Source: Nemertoderma westbladi
Taxonomy: Eukaryota > Animalia > Xenacoelomorpha
NCBI GenBank assembly: GCA_032718475.1
Contig: JAUCBJ010007045.1
Span: 1 to 44,301 of the forward strand
DNA: 44,301 nucleotides
Direction of reading: 5' to 3'
Position numbers and translations under genes: made by a program. Every line of letters begins with the position of its first letter. The first letter of the stretch is position 1. Under the pieces are notes generated by a model. That model was not told where the DNA came from, did no database searches, and worked only from the letters and a program-made list of their open reading frames with translations. Below, one piece after another: positions 1 through 10,602 of the stretch.

Positions 1-1
1 G

Positions 2-3000
2 TATGGGAAATTTAGTGTCAAAGGATAATGGGGCGTTGGTTAGCCTACCTCCAACACGTATTAACCCATCTATCATGGTACTAGAGAAGCGATCCCTTAA
101 GCGCATCTGTGGATTTCTTAACAACAGGAAATACTTATCGGAATCCTCATAGCATTGTAGGAGTCTCAGCATCTGTTTGTTGGTTTCATCATGCTCCTGG
201 TAACTGATCTTCTCCTTTAGAAACCTGTCGGATATCTTGTATTTGGGAAGATCTTTAACAACATGGACTCGTGCAGATGTTGATGGAGCATCATCACTAT
301 TGGTCTTTGTCCCGGAGTAACGATGATGAAAACATCGTTTCAAATAGGTAACAGCTTTACAGAGCCGATTCCAGGAACTGTAGTGACGTATCGCTCTCTG
401 CAAGAGAGGTGAGAGTCCTTGCGAGATATCTGGTATTCCAGATTTCCAATCCTTGTCACGGATTTCCAAGACTTCTTTAGTCGTGGCGGTGGGTTTCTGA
501 TCCAAAGCATCCTCTCCGGAAGTAAATAATACAGATAGATCAACCGCAGGTTTAAACAACTTCGATTTACTCGCTCGAGTTTTGGGTTTAACTTTCTCCG
601 CTCCCTTGGCCTGTCTGATCTCTGCTGTTGTGAGATGGGGAGGCCATTCTTCTTCTTCCCTGTAGAGAAAGTCAGGTCCTCCTAACCATTCGGGAGTATT
701 TACCAATTCCTTTGGAGTCGCTCCTCGGGACGCGATGTCTGCTGGGTTAATCGTTCCGGGGCAATGTCTCCATTGGTCCATCGTCGTGCGACTAAGTATG
801 ATGGCTACCCTGTTGGTAACGAAGACGCTGAACTGACAGACTTCATTGGTTATATACTCTAACACGAGTAAAGCGTCGGTCCAATAGACAGTTTTCTCTA
901 ATGTATAGTCAATCTGTTCGGTTACATTCCGGCCGATGGCTGTAGCGTATAGAGCCGCTTTTAACTCCGCTCGAGGAACTTTCAACTTGTTGTTGATTAA
1001 TGCCTTAGAAGTAACCAAGGCTACTTTGATTCCATCCGGAGTTTCCACTCTTAGGTAGGCTACTATACCGATTCCCATATCGCTGGCGTCTCCAAACACA
1101 TGGAGTTGATAGGAATACGTAGGGAGAACATGACCAAAATATGAACGGGAAATTATAAACTCCTCGATGGCCGGTAGAGAATCTTCCCATTTCATCCACT
1201 TCTTCAATAATTCTCCCTTAAGTGGATCGTCCCATGAGTGGTTTTCAAGCCACATTTGTTGTACCAAACTTCGAGCAATCAATATAACTGGGCTAATAAA
1301 TCCCAATGGATCGAAATAAGTGCTCAGTATACTTAAGCAAATCCGTTTGGTTCGAACTGGATTATCTCGCTGTTTTAGCTGGAAAAACAGGATATCTCTC
1401 TCTGTGTCCCATTTCAAGCCGAGTGTCTTGGTCTCTGGCAGATCATCTTTGATCAAATCGAGATCTTTCGCTCCTCGATCTTCCGCAGGGATCGACTCCA
1501 GAAACTCACGGGAGTTGCTGGTGAATTTGGTTAATCGAAATCCACCTCTTTTTAAGCACTCTACCGTTCCCTTAGCGACCTCAATGGCTTCCTCAACTGA
1601 TGGGAGGGACTTCAGATTGTCGTCCATGTATATGTCTCTCTTGATGTTGTCGATCACTTCCTTAGAGAATGCCTCTCGGTTGTCCTCTGCAGTAGTACGC
1701 ACTACCGAACAGGCGTTGGAAGGGCTTGAGATTATCCCAAAGGCCTGGATGGTCATCCAGTACTCCACCGGTTTCTGGTTGAGGTCTCCTTCGGGCCACC
1801 ATAGAAATCGTAGGCTATCTCGATCCCTATCCAACACTTTGACTTGCAAGAACATGCCTTCTATATCGGAGGCGAAAGCAATCGAATATTGTCTCAATCT
1901 TAAAAGAATTCCCAACAAAGATTGAAGTAAGTTGGGTCCGGGTAACAATTCAGAGTTAAGGGATTGACCCATGTAAAGAGCGGAGCCATCAAACACTACT
2001 CTCACTTCATTTGGTTTACCGGGTTTAGGAACGTAATGGTGAGTTAAATAATACGTTCTTTCAGTCACAGGTGTTTCTTCCGGTACCCTCTCCGCGTATC
2101 CCTTATTAATAAATTTTTCCAGCTGTGTTTGATACATTGCTTTAGCTGAAGAATTAGCCGTAAGGCGTCGATGGAGTTGCGCGATTCTTTTTTCCGCCAA
2201 AGGTCTGTTATTGATGAACTTCGGTTCTCTCTTGCGAAAAGGTAAACCGACTTCGTACCTTCCTTGATCTTTGAGGAAACGTGTAGTTGTCTCTTGGATC
2301 TGCTTGGCCCTTTCCTCTTCCACCGACAAGGCTTTATCGTAGGAATTGGGCTCTACCGCCTCTTGCGTAAAGAATCGTACAGCATGTTCATCTCGAGTCT
2401 TGGCATTGCAACGCTCAATGACGTCATTTAACTCGTCGTTATAAGCTTCTCGTTCAGATGGATAGAGAAGTTGACATAAGTTCACTTGGTTTTGCCAAGC
2501 CTCGTTTTCCTTAAGGAGATCGATGGTATTCTCCTCATCAAAAAGCTGGTGAACGTCGTCGTTATCTGAGGAGTATGGAATTCCCTCAGTTGAATCGTCT
2601 CCCTCACTAGCATCATCTTCCCATTCACTCACCTGGCAGACTCTCTCTTGCGGTAGTCTTTCTCTGAGTGTTCTACGGGAAGGGCCAGTAAAGTACCAAC
2701 CTACTCTAGTTCTTACCGCATAGGTCTGTAGGGGCTGCGGTTGAGCAGGCCGTTTCTCTAACGTCTCCAGCGCCTCATGCGCGTTTTGGCCGATGAGTAT
2801 TTGCACTCCAGGATAATCAGTCTGGAATCGAGGTATGTTAAGATGTTGGATGCTCTCATCCTCGTCCCAATTATAAAGGTCTGCTTGAGTAGTAGCGAAG
2901 TTCTTTATAGCCACCATTTTCACTGACCTTATGCTGTTTTCTCCTAGTTCGTCCTGGGGGGTGGACAACGCTCCTACATAATAATCAGCTGTTATTGTAG

Positions 3001-6000
3001 ATTTCCAAACTTGCATAATGCCTGACATGTTGAGCTTAGTTTGGAACTTGGGTTGTCCAGCAAATATATCTTCGGCTAACTCTTTATCGATGAATGTTCC
3101 TGTGCTGCCGGAGTCCAGAAGGGCGTTCACTACATAACTCCGTTTAGGTCCGTGCACCCTTACCTGCACCACAGGAAACTCTCGGATCCCTACATTGGAA
3201 GATGGCTCTTTCCAAGATGGTTGTCGTTCAGAAGTAGTTAGAGTAAAGTCGTTGTCTGTATCTTTTTCATATGTGAGTGCTCGATACACTGCGGTATTTA
3301 TCATGTAACAGGATTCGTTTTCGTCGGAGAACTCGTCTGTATAGAATCCTTCCATCTCAGATTGATCAGTATCGTTCACATCACTGAATTGGACATGTAG
3401 CTCGGAATCACTTACCTGATTCGGACTATTTCGATCGAATTCAGCGTGCAACAAGATATGATGTTTCGCACCACACTTTGCACACCTTATGTCAGAGAAA
3501 CAGGTTCGCCGTTGGTGTCCTTGTCTGAGGCAATTATAACATAACCGCTTATCCCACATGACTTCGCGTCTCTCTGTTAATGATTTCTTTAGAAATTCAT
3601 CACACCTATTCAAATGGTGGGTCCCGTCGCACAGCGCACATTTCGGTTTGATGTGACTTACCTTATTTTGAATCACATTGTGTACACTTGCCTTTTCTTC
3701 GGGTTTTCTCACCTGAATTCTCTTGGGAGACGTGGGAGGAGTTTTTCTTACCTGTTCCCTCCTGTCATTTGTTCGAGACTTGAATTTACTTACCTGATCT
3801 TTAGGCATTTTATTCACGTAATAAGATCTATCAATGTCTTTCCCGCTATCTTCTCCTTGAGAAGTCTGGCTTTCGCCGTCGTCTGTATAACACACTGGTG
3901 TTACCTTTCTCCTAGAGACGGGTTTTTCACTTACCTTGTTTTCCGGTTTCTTCTCTCGGGACTGCTTGAGGAGTTGCAATTTCACTTCTCCATCCAAGAA
4001 TGACATGAGATCAGCCATGGTAGGGTCTCGCCGTTGTTGTTCCATCATATATAACACTTTCTTATCCCAGCGTGTACCTACTCCACCTTTCGGTAAAGTA
4101 GAAGCCACTGCTCTAATAACCATAGTATTCTGATACTCATGAGACTTACCTAGCCAATCTAATTGTCTGCAGATCTCCTGGATCTCATCGGAAAACTCGA
4201 TAATTCCGCTACTAATAAACTTTCGGGGAGCTACTAACTTTGCATATAAGTACCCAGCGATATTATTCCTATTACCATACCTGATGTTTAGTGTATCCCA
4301 AACTTGTCTTAATCCGTCTGGATGTCCAATAAACTTTAACGCCATTAACTTGGGAGATCCTTCCAAGCACTCGATGAGGTATCTAAGTTTTTCTCCATTA
4401 GATAGTACAGAGTTCTGTATGTTATCTTTGTAATATTCATTAAAAGGTAACCATTTCATCTCATCTCCATTGAACTTGACGATCTCTCCAACCTTTACCG
4501 CTTGCCGGGCTTCGGTTCTAGCCATTTGACGCGTAAAACTTTCTTGGGCCATTGTGTTATTTAATATCGAATTATCGGTATATAAATTTCTCGGATTATG
4601 ATCAGTTCTATAGGGAATATCATTATCAACAGGTCTATAATTACCCTTAATAGGGTTCACTATAGGAGTTTCTACTTCGCTAGCAGTATAAATGCGTGTA
4701 GGCTCCACACCTTGCGCATGAGATACTTCTGACCTAACGGGTTGACACATTGTTACAGGGGGTGGTGGTATACCCTTTTGTAAATTTACTAATTTATCGC
4801 GCTCTAGCGCGATATTTTGCTGCACTTCTTGCAACTCTAACTTACTTTCCCTCACTGTTCCCTTTAAATGTTGGACAGTCCCTTCCAACTCTCGGACCTG
4901 TTGGGAGGAGAGTCTCCGATTCTCCTTCATCTCTCCGAGGAGAATATCCATTCCCCGCCGTCTCTCGTCTACCCAATCAACCGCCGAAACGGGATCCGCC
5001 AACGTCGTAGCGGGCAGACGAGGGACAACGGGCGACAAATTTGGAATATTTCGCTCGGGGTCCAGGACCTGAACTGTCTCCTGGGCAGTTCTACGGGGCA
5101 CAGGTAGCTTAGTGCTATGCAGAGGGAATTTATAGGTAGCTTCAGGGAGCACAGGTGTATCTATCACCGAAGGGGTGATTTCAAGAACAGGCCTACTTAT
5201 TTCAGGCTCATCTACTATAGTAGGGAGTCTTTCTATTGTAATTATTTGGTCTGTGGGTTCTGTACTCTCTAAGTTGGTGTTGTTTAGTTGCCTTCTAACA
5301 GCTGGAGGCAAATCAGGCAATTTCTGACGGTGGAATGTTCTTTTACGTCTGCTTAGGCGGGATCGATTTCCTCCGCCTTCAGTGTCGGTGGTATCGCCTT
5401 CCTCAGATGATGTATAACCTTGTCGTTTGGGAGTAGATCGATTCATCATCTGCATATTACTAGCTGTTAACTGTTTATTAAAGTTATCTTGCCTCTCTTG
5501 AAGATTTTCCAACTCTAGTTGGGTTGTCTCTTCAGATGCCCTCCGTTCTGCTTCTGCCACTGCTATCTTTCTTTCCGCTTCTGCCGCTGCCGCTTTTGCC
5601 TCTGCCGCTGCCGCTTTCCTTTCCGCCTCTACGGCTGCAGCTGCCGCTTTTGCCTCTGCCGCTGCCGCTTTTATTGCTGCAGCTGCCGCTTTTGCCTCTG
5701 CCGCTGCCTCTGCTGCCTTTCTTTCCGCTTCTGCCGCTGCCACTGTCGCTGCTGCTGTCTTTCTATCTTCTATACGTTTTTTCCTTACTTGTTCTTCCTT
5801 TTCTCTAGCGATGCGGAGTTGTTCATCGAATTTAGCTTGGTTCGCCGCTAACCTATCCACATCAATCGCATCTAACACAAGTTTGGCTCCTTCGCTATTA
5901 GGGCTAAGTCCCTCTAGCCTTCTCCTCAACTCTTCATCTCCCAAAAAACGCTGATAGTCTGACAGATAGATATCAATGGCATCCTTCTTATGCGGTTTCT

Positions 6001-6934
6001 CTGCCGTCGCTTCACTTTCCACTTGGGAAAAAGTAGCGTCCGTCGATTCTCCATGGGTTGAGCGCTCCTCCAACTGAGCTTTCCACTGAGCTGCTCCTTG
6101 AACCTGGCGTCTCACCCTTTGAAGCCAAGTCCTTACGGCAACTTGCAACGACGTGTCTTGTCTTCTTTTAGAAGCCTCTTCAAAGGCGGATAAGATTAGC
6201 CTAATTCGCAGAACTCTTTCTCTAACTTGATAAAGCAGCGATCCCTGCTCTTGAGGTCCTTGAGGTTGTTGAAACAGTTGTCTTTCTACTCGCTCCATAG
6301 AGCTGAAGAATCCCTGTGCGTATCCGGCTGCGGACCTCTTCCATACAGCTGGATCGATGGTTTCCTTGGCTACTCCCATCCGGTGTATGTCTTCCCAGGC
6401 AGCTTCTGATAAATCAAACGGGAGTCCGGGTCCGGGGAAGTTCCATTGCGACTCGACAATAGACTTCAGTTCTTCACTCGAGTACCCCGCATAACTATCT
6501 CTAGTTGATCATTGACTCCTCGCCCAATCGATCTGGTGTTCTTCCACCGCGATCAATAACCTAGTGAGTACGGCTGCAGGAAGGATGAGAAGGGGATCCG
6601 TATAAACCGCATCCGTCATCTCTGCTCCGCGCTCGGGTGTCAGCTCTACAGTATCCTCACTACTGGAGCTGCTGGGCCACTGAGGAATAAGTTCTTGACT
6701 AGCGGGTTGTTGCTGTTCCGCTGCTTTTTGGTCCCGCTTGACCTGAGCTCGAGTGCCTATGATAGACCTACGATGTTGGACCAGCCTAGGTTCTGTTATT
6801 ACTACGGGAGGGATGACCTTCCTCACAGTGGGAGGTGAACTGAACTTACGACCAGACGGTTGTACGTCTCTATCTGAGTCGCAGATAGTTACATCTAATA
6901 AACTGTCTGACAGGTTCTGCTTAGTATCAGACAT
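2..6934 (-). CDS. Bel/Pao Gag-Pol polyprotein (Gag with 3 Zn knuckles, aspartic protease, RT, RNase H, start of integrase region); one in-frame TGA at 6511-6509; 3'-partial
   Basis: Hand translation shows the 141-aa ORF (6934-6509) is in the same frame as the downstream polyprotein. Motifs: Gag IVKFNGDEMKW (~4480), three Cys/His knuckles (~3640-3450), LLDSGSTGTFI (~3110), YMDD (1630-1619), LHVFGDAS (~1100), PRAEL, WTDA, NPADIASRG (~745), GLIRVGGRLTNA (~60). I did not translate every codon of the middle part. Its continuity is inferred from the matching frame at both ends and from the ORF track listing no stop-terminated ORF in this frame. Confidence 0.9.
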
Positions 6935-8257
6935 GACTATGTATACCGTTGAATGTCTACTGCTGTATTACAGTCTGAGTAAGTCTAGTAACTCAGTATT
7001 AACTGCTAGCCTAGTAATTAATTACCGGTACTGCTACTCAGTGTAGCGTGATATATATATAATATATTAGAATACCGGTATACTTATAGTATATATAACT
7101 ATATAAGTATTATTACAGACTAGGTTTATCACAGAATACCGGTATAATTTTAGCACAAATATATAAATATATAATAGGCCTATCGGAATACCGGTATACA
7201 GCTTACAGTTTGTAGTATATATAATTCTGGAATAGAATTAATTACAAGTACCGGTATAATTTCAGCCTAGATTTATAGAAATAAGATAATAGGCCTATCG
7301 TAAATACCGGTATATCAATTATTTTAGAATAATTGAATTTCTGAACTTTAGGGTTACGTGGTTACTTTAACTTACTTTATTACCGTTATTTAAGCAGTAA
7401 TCCAACTGATATTGAGACCTAATGGTTTTATGGTAGGCCTACTATTTATAAATCGTTAGATTTGATTTATAATGTATTTATACCCGTTTTAATGGGTTTA
7501 GTCAATGTTTGAAATAAATGTTATTATTTCTGGGGAGTAATCACTACACAAAGCGGTGCGCTTTCAGTGAAGTGTTACTTATAGGACACTAAAACAAATA
7601 ATTCTAATTTACCTAAGTTACTTAATACTACAAATTACGTACAATTCGGGTTGAGATTACAATCTCTAAATAAACACAAAAATTTACAAAAACGCAAATA
7701 CGAAATTTTTAGGGTAATTTTACAAGAAGTCTACAAACCAGCCTAACAAAGGGTTAGAATTCTGGTTATTATAACGGACAGGGTACTACGGTATTTGAAA
7801 TAATAAGTAGTAGTAAATACACTGCGTTGTCCAGATAGGAAAATACCACCGCCTGACGACCTATAGCCGTATCGCTATAGGTTCTACGTTATGTATCACG
7901 GAGTATTCCTACCTAGAAGTTAATAGAGCTAATCGAACGTGCCTATTAACCACTTTACAACACAAATATAATGCCTACACTAATTACTTCGGAAAGTACT
8001 GTACACTAAACCCTAAATTAGGTACGAGTACTTGTACAACAGATAATCAGTAGTTAAATATACTTGAACAGCTAAAAGAACCACGGCATCTGCTGGAGTG
8101 ACCGATGCACAAAATCACCAGTCTTTACCTACGCCGAGCAGCCCGTGTAGTACCGGAGTTAATTTAACTATAGCGGTATGTATAACAAACACAATTACTG
8201 TAGGAACAAACTTGGGGAATGAATGTTGCGGATAATCGCATAAACTCTGAATAATAA

Positions 8258-8820
8258 ATATTACGCTACGCGTACAAACTACTCAAACAAAATACAGACC
8301 GAACACTGACAGACTACTATCAAGCCTAAACAAACTACGGTATATGCAGACTCCGAAATGATTAGGGAGTATGCGCTCTAACCCAGTAGTGCGACTTATT
8401 CTTTAGTTGGGGGTTTACCTTACAGCGTTCGTGCCCCTACTTCCTAACCGTACTTAATCGGACAAGTGATCTACACACGCCGCAATCCGCTCAGGCCTAA
8501 CAACAGCCAGACAATTATCCAGCCTACAAATTATCTAAATAAATATTATACGCTACCCGTACAGACTTACACAAACAAAGTACAGACTAAACGATGGCAG
8601 ACTACTCTCAAGCCTAAATAAACTACAGGACATGCAGACTCCGAAATGATTAGGGAGTATGCGTTCTAACCCAGTAGTACGACTTATTCTTTAATTGGGG
8701 GTTTACCTTACAGCATTCGCTGCCCCTACTTCCTAACCGTACTTAATCGGACAAATGATCTACACACACTGCAATTCGTTCAGACTTAACAGCAATCAGA
8801 CAACAGCTCAGCCTACAAAT
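8258..8820. repeat. ~288-bp tandem duplication in the 5' leader of Bel/Pao copy A
   Basis: The block ATGCAGACTCCGAAATGATTAGGGAGTATGCG...ACTTAATCGGACAA occurs twice (~8344 and ~8631). Confidence 0.85.
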
Positions 8821-9179
8821 CGTCTGTACAATCTGATCAGGTTTACACGCCTTCTGTTCAATACTGGCCTACAAATAAATAAAACTTGACAGAGATAAGT
8901 AAACCATATAAAGGAATAAGGGTGATCAATCCCTAATCCCTTAAACAGCCTACCGGTATGCAACAATCAAATCGAATAATACTAGTGTACTTATACGGAA
9001 GTACCGGTTAGGACAGCTAGGCCTACGGACCTACAGAAGTACCGGTTCTGGCAGTTGGACCTACGGACCTACGGCAGTACCGGTTCTGGCAGTTGGGCCT
9101 ACTGACCTACAGATGTACCGGTTCAGGTTTACCGGTTGACCGGTACTTTCAACTTTATTGCTTACTGCAATAAAGAAGC

Positions 9180-9191
9180 TATATCCTTTAA
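9180..9191 (-). promoter_or_regulatory. Non-tRNA primer-binding site of copy A (TTAAAGGATATA on the minus strand), complementary to LTR 9933-9944
   Basis: Abuts the LTR terminal ACA with no spacer, has no TGG start, and is an exact 12-nt inverted match to 9933-9944. Confidence 0.7.
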
Positions 9192-10386
9192 TGTTCGCGC
9201 TTTCAGACCTTTGGCAGTTTAATCCGCCAAATTAAGATGTCTTCTAGATATTAAATCGCTTTTTAGCTTATGACAAGTATTTGATTCACTACACTAGTCG
9301 AAACCAATCTGTGCGCGACTATTCACCCGCTGGATATTCCCGGGAGATTGGGTTCGACGGTTTAATTTTATTGCTATGTAAGCCTAATGTATTATTCGAC
9401 TGACAGTGTTATATAATCTCTGACAATATTATTCACCTTCGGGAATATTAACAGTTCCTTTAGGACGTGGCGCTTTATTTATATAAACAGAGTTATGACT
9501 TAAACTACTCACAACGATATGGCTTAATTATAATTCACATATATGGCGCATTCTTTAGGAAATGCTTCTTTAACAGACTCACTCATACACAATGCTGCAC
9601 AATACTGCACACTAATCTGCCAATCTTCACTGATTTTAGTCACATATAAAAGGAACACAGACTGACTCATGTAGGGTCTATCAAATAACATTAGATTCAC
9701 TTCAAACCACTTTAACATAAGTCACAATCGTTATTGGTAACCTTTCTCTCTTACCTTCGGTATATCAAGAATATTGGGTGTCGGGGTTATTTCTCGTTAT
9801 TCCAATATAATAATTCATCAACAAATATAATGAATAACCGACAACAAATAGCAGTATGCAGTATTCACAGATCAATCGTGCCAGTTTGTTTTGAGTTAAG
9901 ACAATCAGTCAGTCATCAGTGTGTTTTGTTTGTTAAAGGATATATGTCCTTATAATTAAACCTACTAGTGTTGAGCTAAAAAGCAGAAAGCACAAAACAC
10001 TAAAAAGCCGTTCTTTCGTGGCTTTGAAAAACTCGTGACTACTGCTCTATACGAGGATACCAACTACCCTTATTCCACGAAGCTCCCGTTCAACACAGAG
10101 AAAGAGCAGTGAGATAGGAAATTTTCAGTTCAGTAGCTCTGTGATAGGTCAAAATCAAGGCTAACTCAAATTCTATTGGGAGATACAAAAACAAGGCTAT
10201 GACGCAACCTCCCTAGGCTTGTTGGCCGATTAAACAGAGCCCAGATGCCTGCGCACAGCAAATCAGCCAATAAGCTGGTAACTTGCACTATTTTTAGCTA
10301 TAGATCACTTTGAGAGTATTCTTAGCGACTGGGGGGGAACTGGCCAACAAGGCAAACGAATCAGTTATCCCACAAAAGCTTTTACA
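9192..10386 (-). repeat. 5' LTR of Bel/Pao copy A (1195 bp)
   Basis: TGT...ACA termini on the minus strand. 9192-~9865 is nearly identical to the copy B LTR 3' portion. AATAAA on the minus strand at 9372-9367. Confidence 0.92.
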
Positions 10387-10602
10387 GGTGGCGAAGTAAA
10401 GACGAGGTCATACCAGATCTACTTCTCTGGCAACCAACTCATGGAAAGCGTAGTCGTGGACGACCGGCCATAACATATATAGATCAACTTGAAAGGGATA
10501 CTGAACTTGGGAGAAACGAAATTGCGACAACTATGGAGAATCGGGAAGCCTGGAAGGATCTCATCTCCACTGTCCGAGTTCGCTCGACCTAGTAGTAGTA
10601 GT
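10387..10602 (+). mobile_element. 3' end of an RTE-clade non-LTR retrotransposon, interrupted by Bel/Pao copy A
   Basis: Translates as WRSKDEVIPDLLLWQPTHGKRSRGRPAITYIDQLERDT..MENREAWK, an RTE C-terminal signature, followed by a (TAG)n tail at 10590-10602. Confidence 0.8.

Larger units (their letters stand above)
1..10386 (-). mobile_element. Bel/Pao LTR retrotransposon, copy A (5' LTR, leader and gag-pol; 3' part runs off the window start)
   Basis: Minus-strand polyprotein with Bel/Pao domain order and motifs. LTR begins TGTAAAAGC at 10386 and ends GCGCGAACA at 9192, and is homologous to the LTRs at 20283 and 30857. Confidence 0.95.

Noticed and set aside
1320-1925. 201-aa plus-strand ORF and other short ORFs over the gag-pol regions
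   Set aside because: They lie antisense to RT/Gag coding sequence and show no recognisable motifs.
5519-5851. Cys/Arg-rich and Leu/Pro-rich ORFs (also 23861-24253)
   Set aside because: They are antisense or alternative-frame shadows of the Ala-rich Gag repeat.
6020-6892. Segment missing from copy B as a spliced intron (GTAACT...TTTTTCCCAAG)
   Set aside because: Splicing at these sites shifts the frame and does not reproduce the copy B junction. The segment itself is coding-like and in frame.
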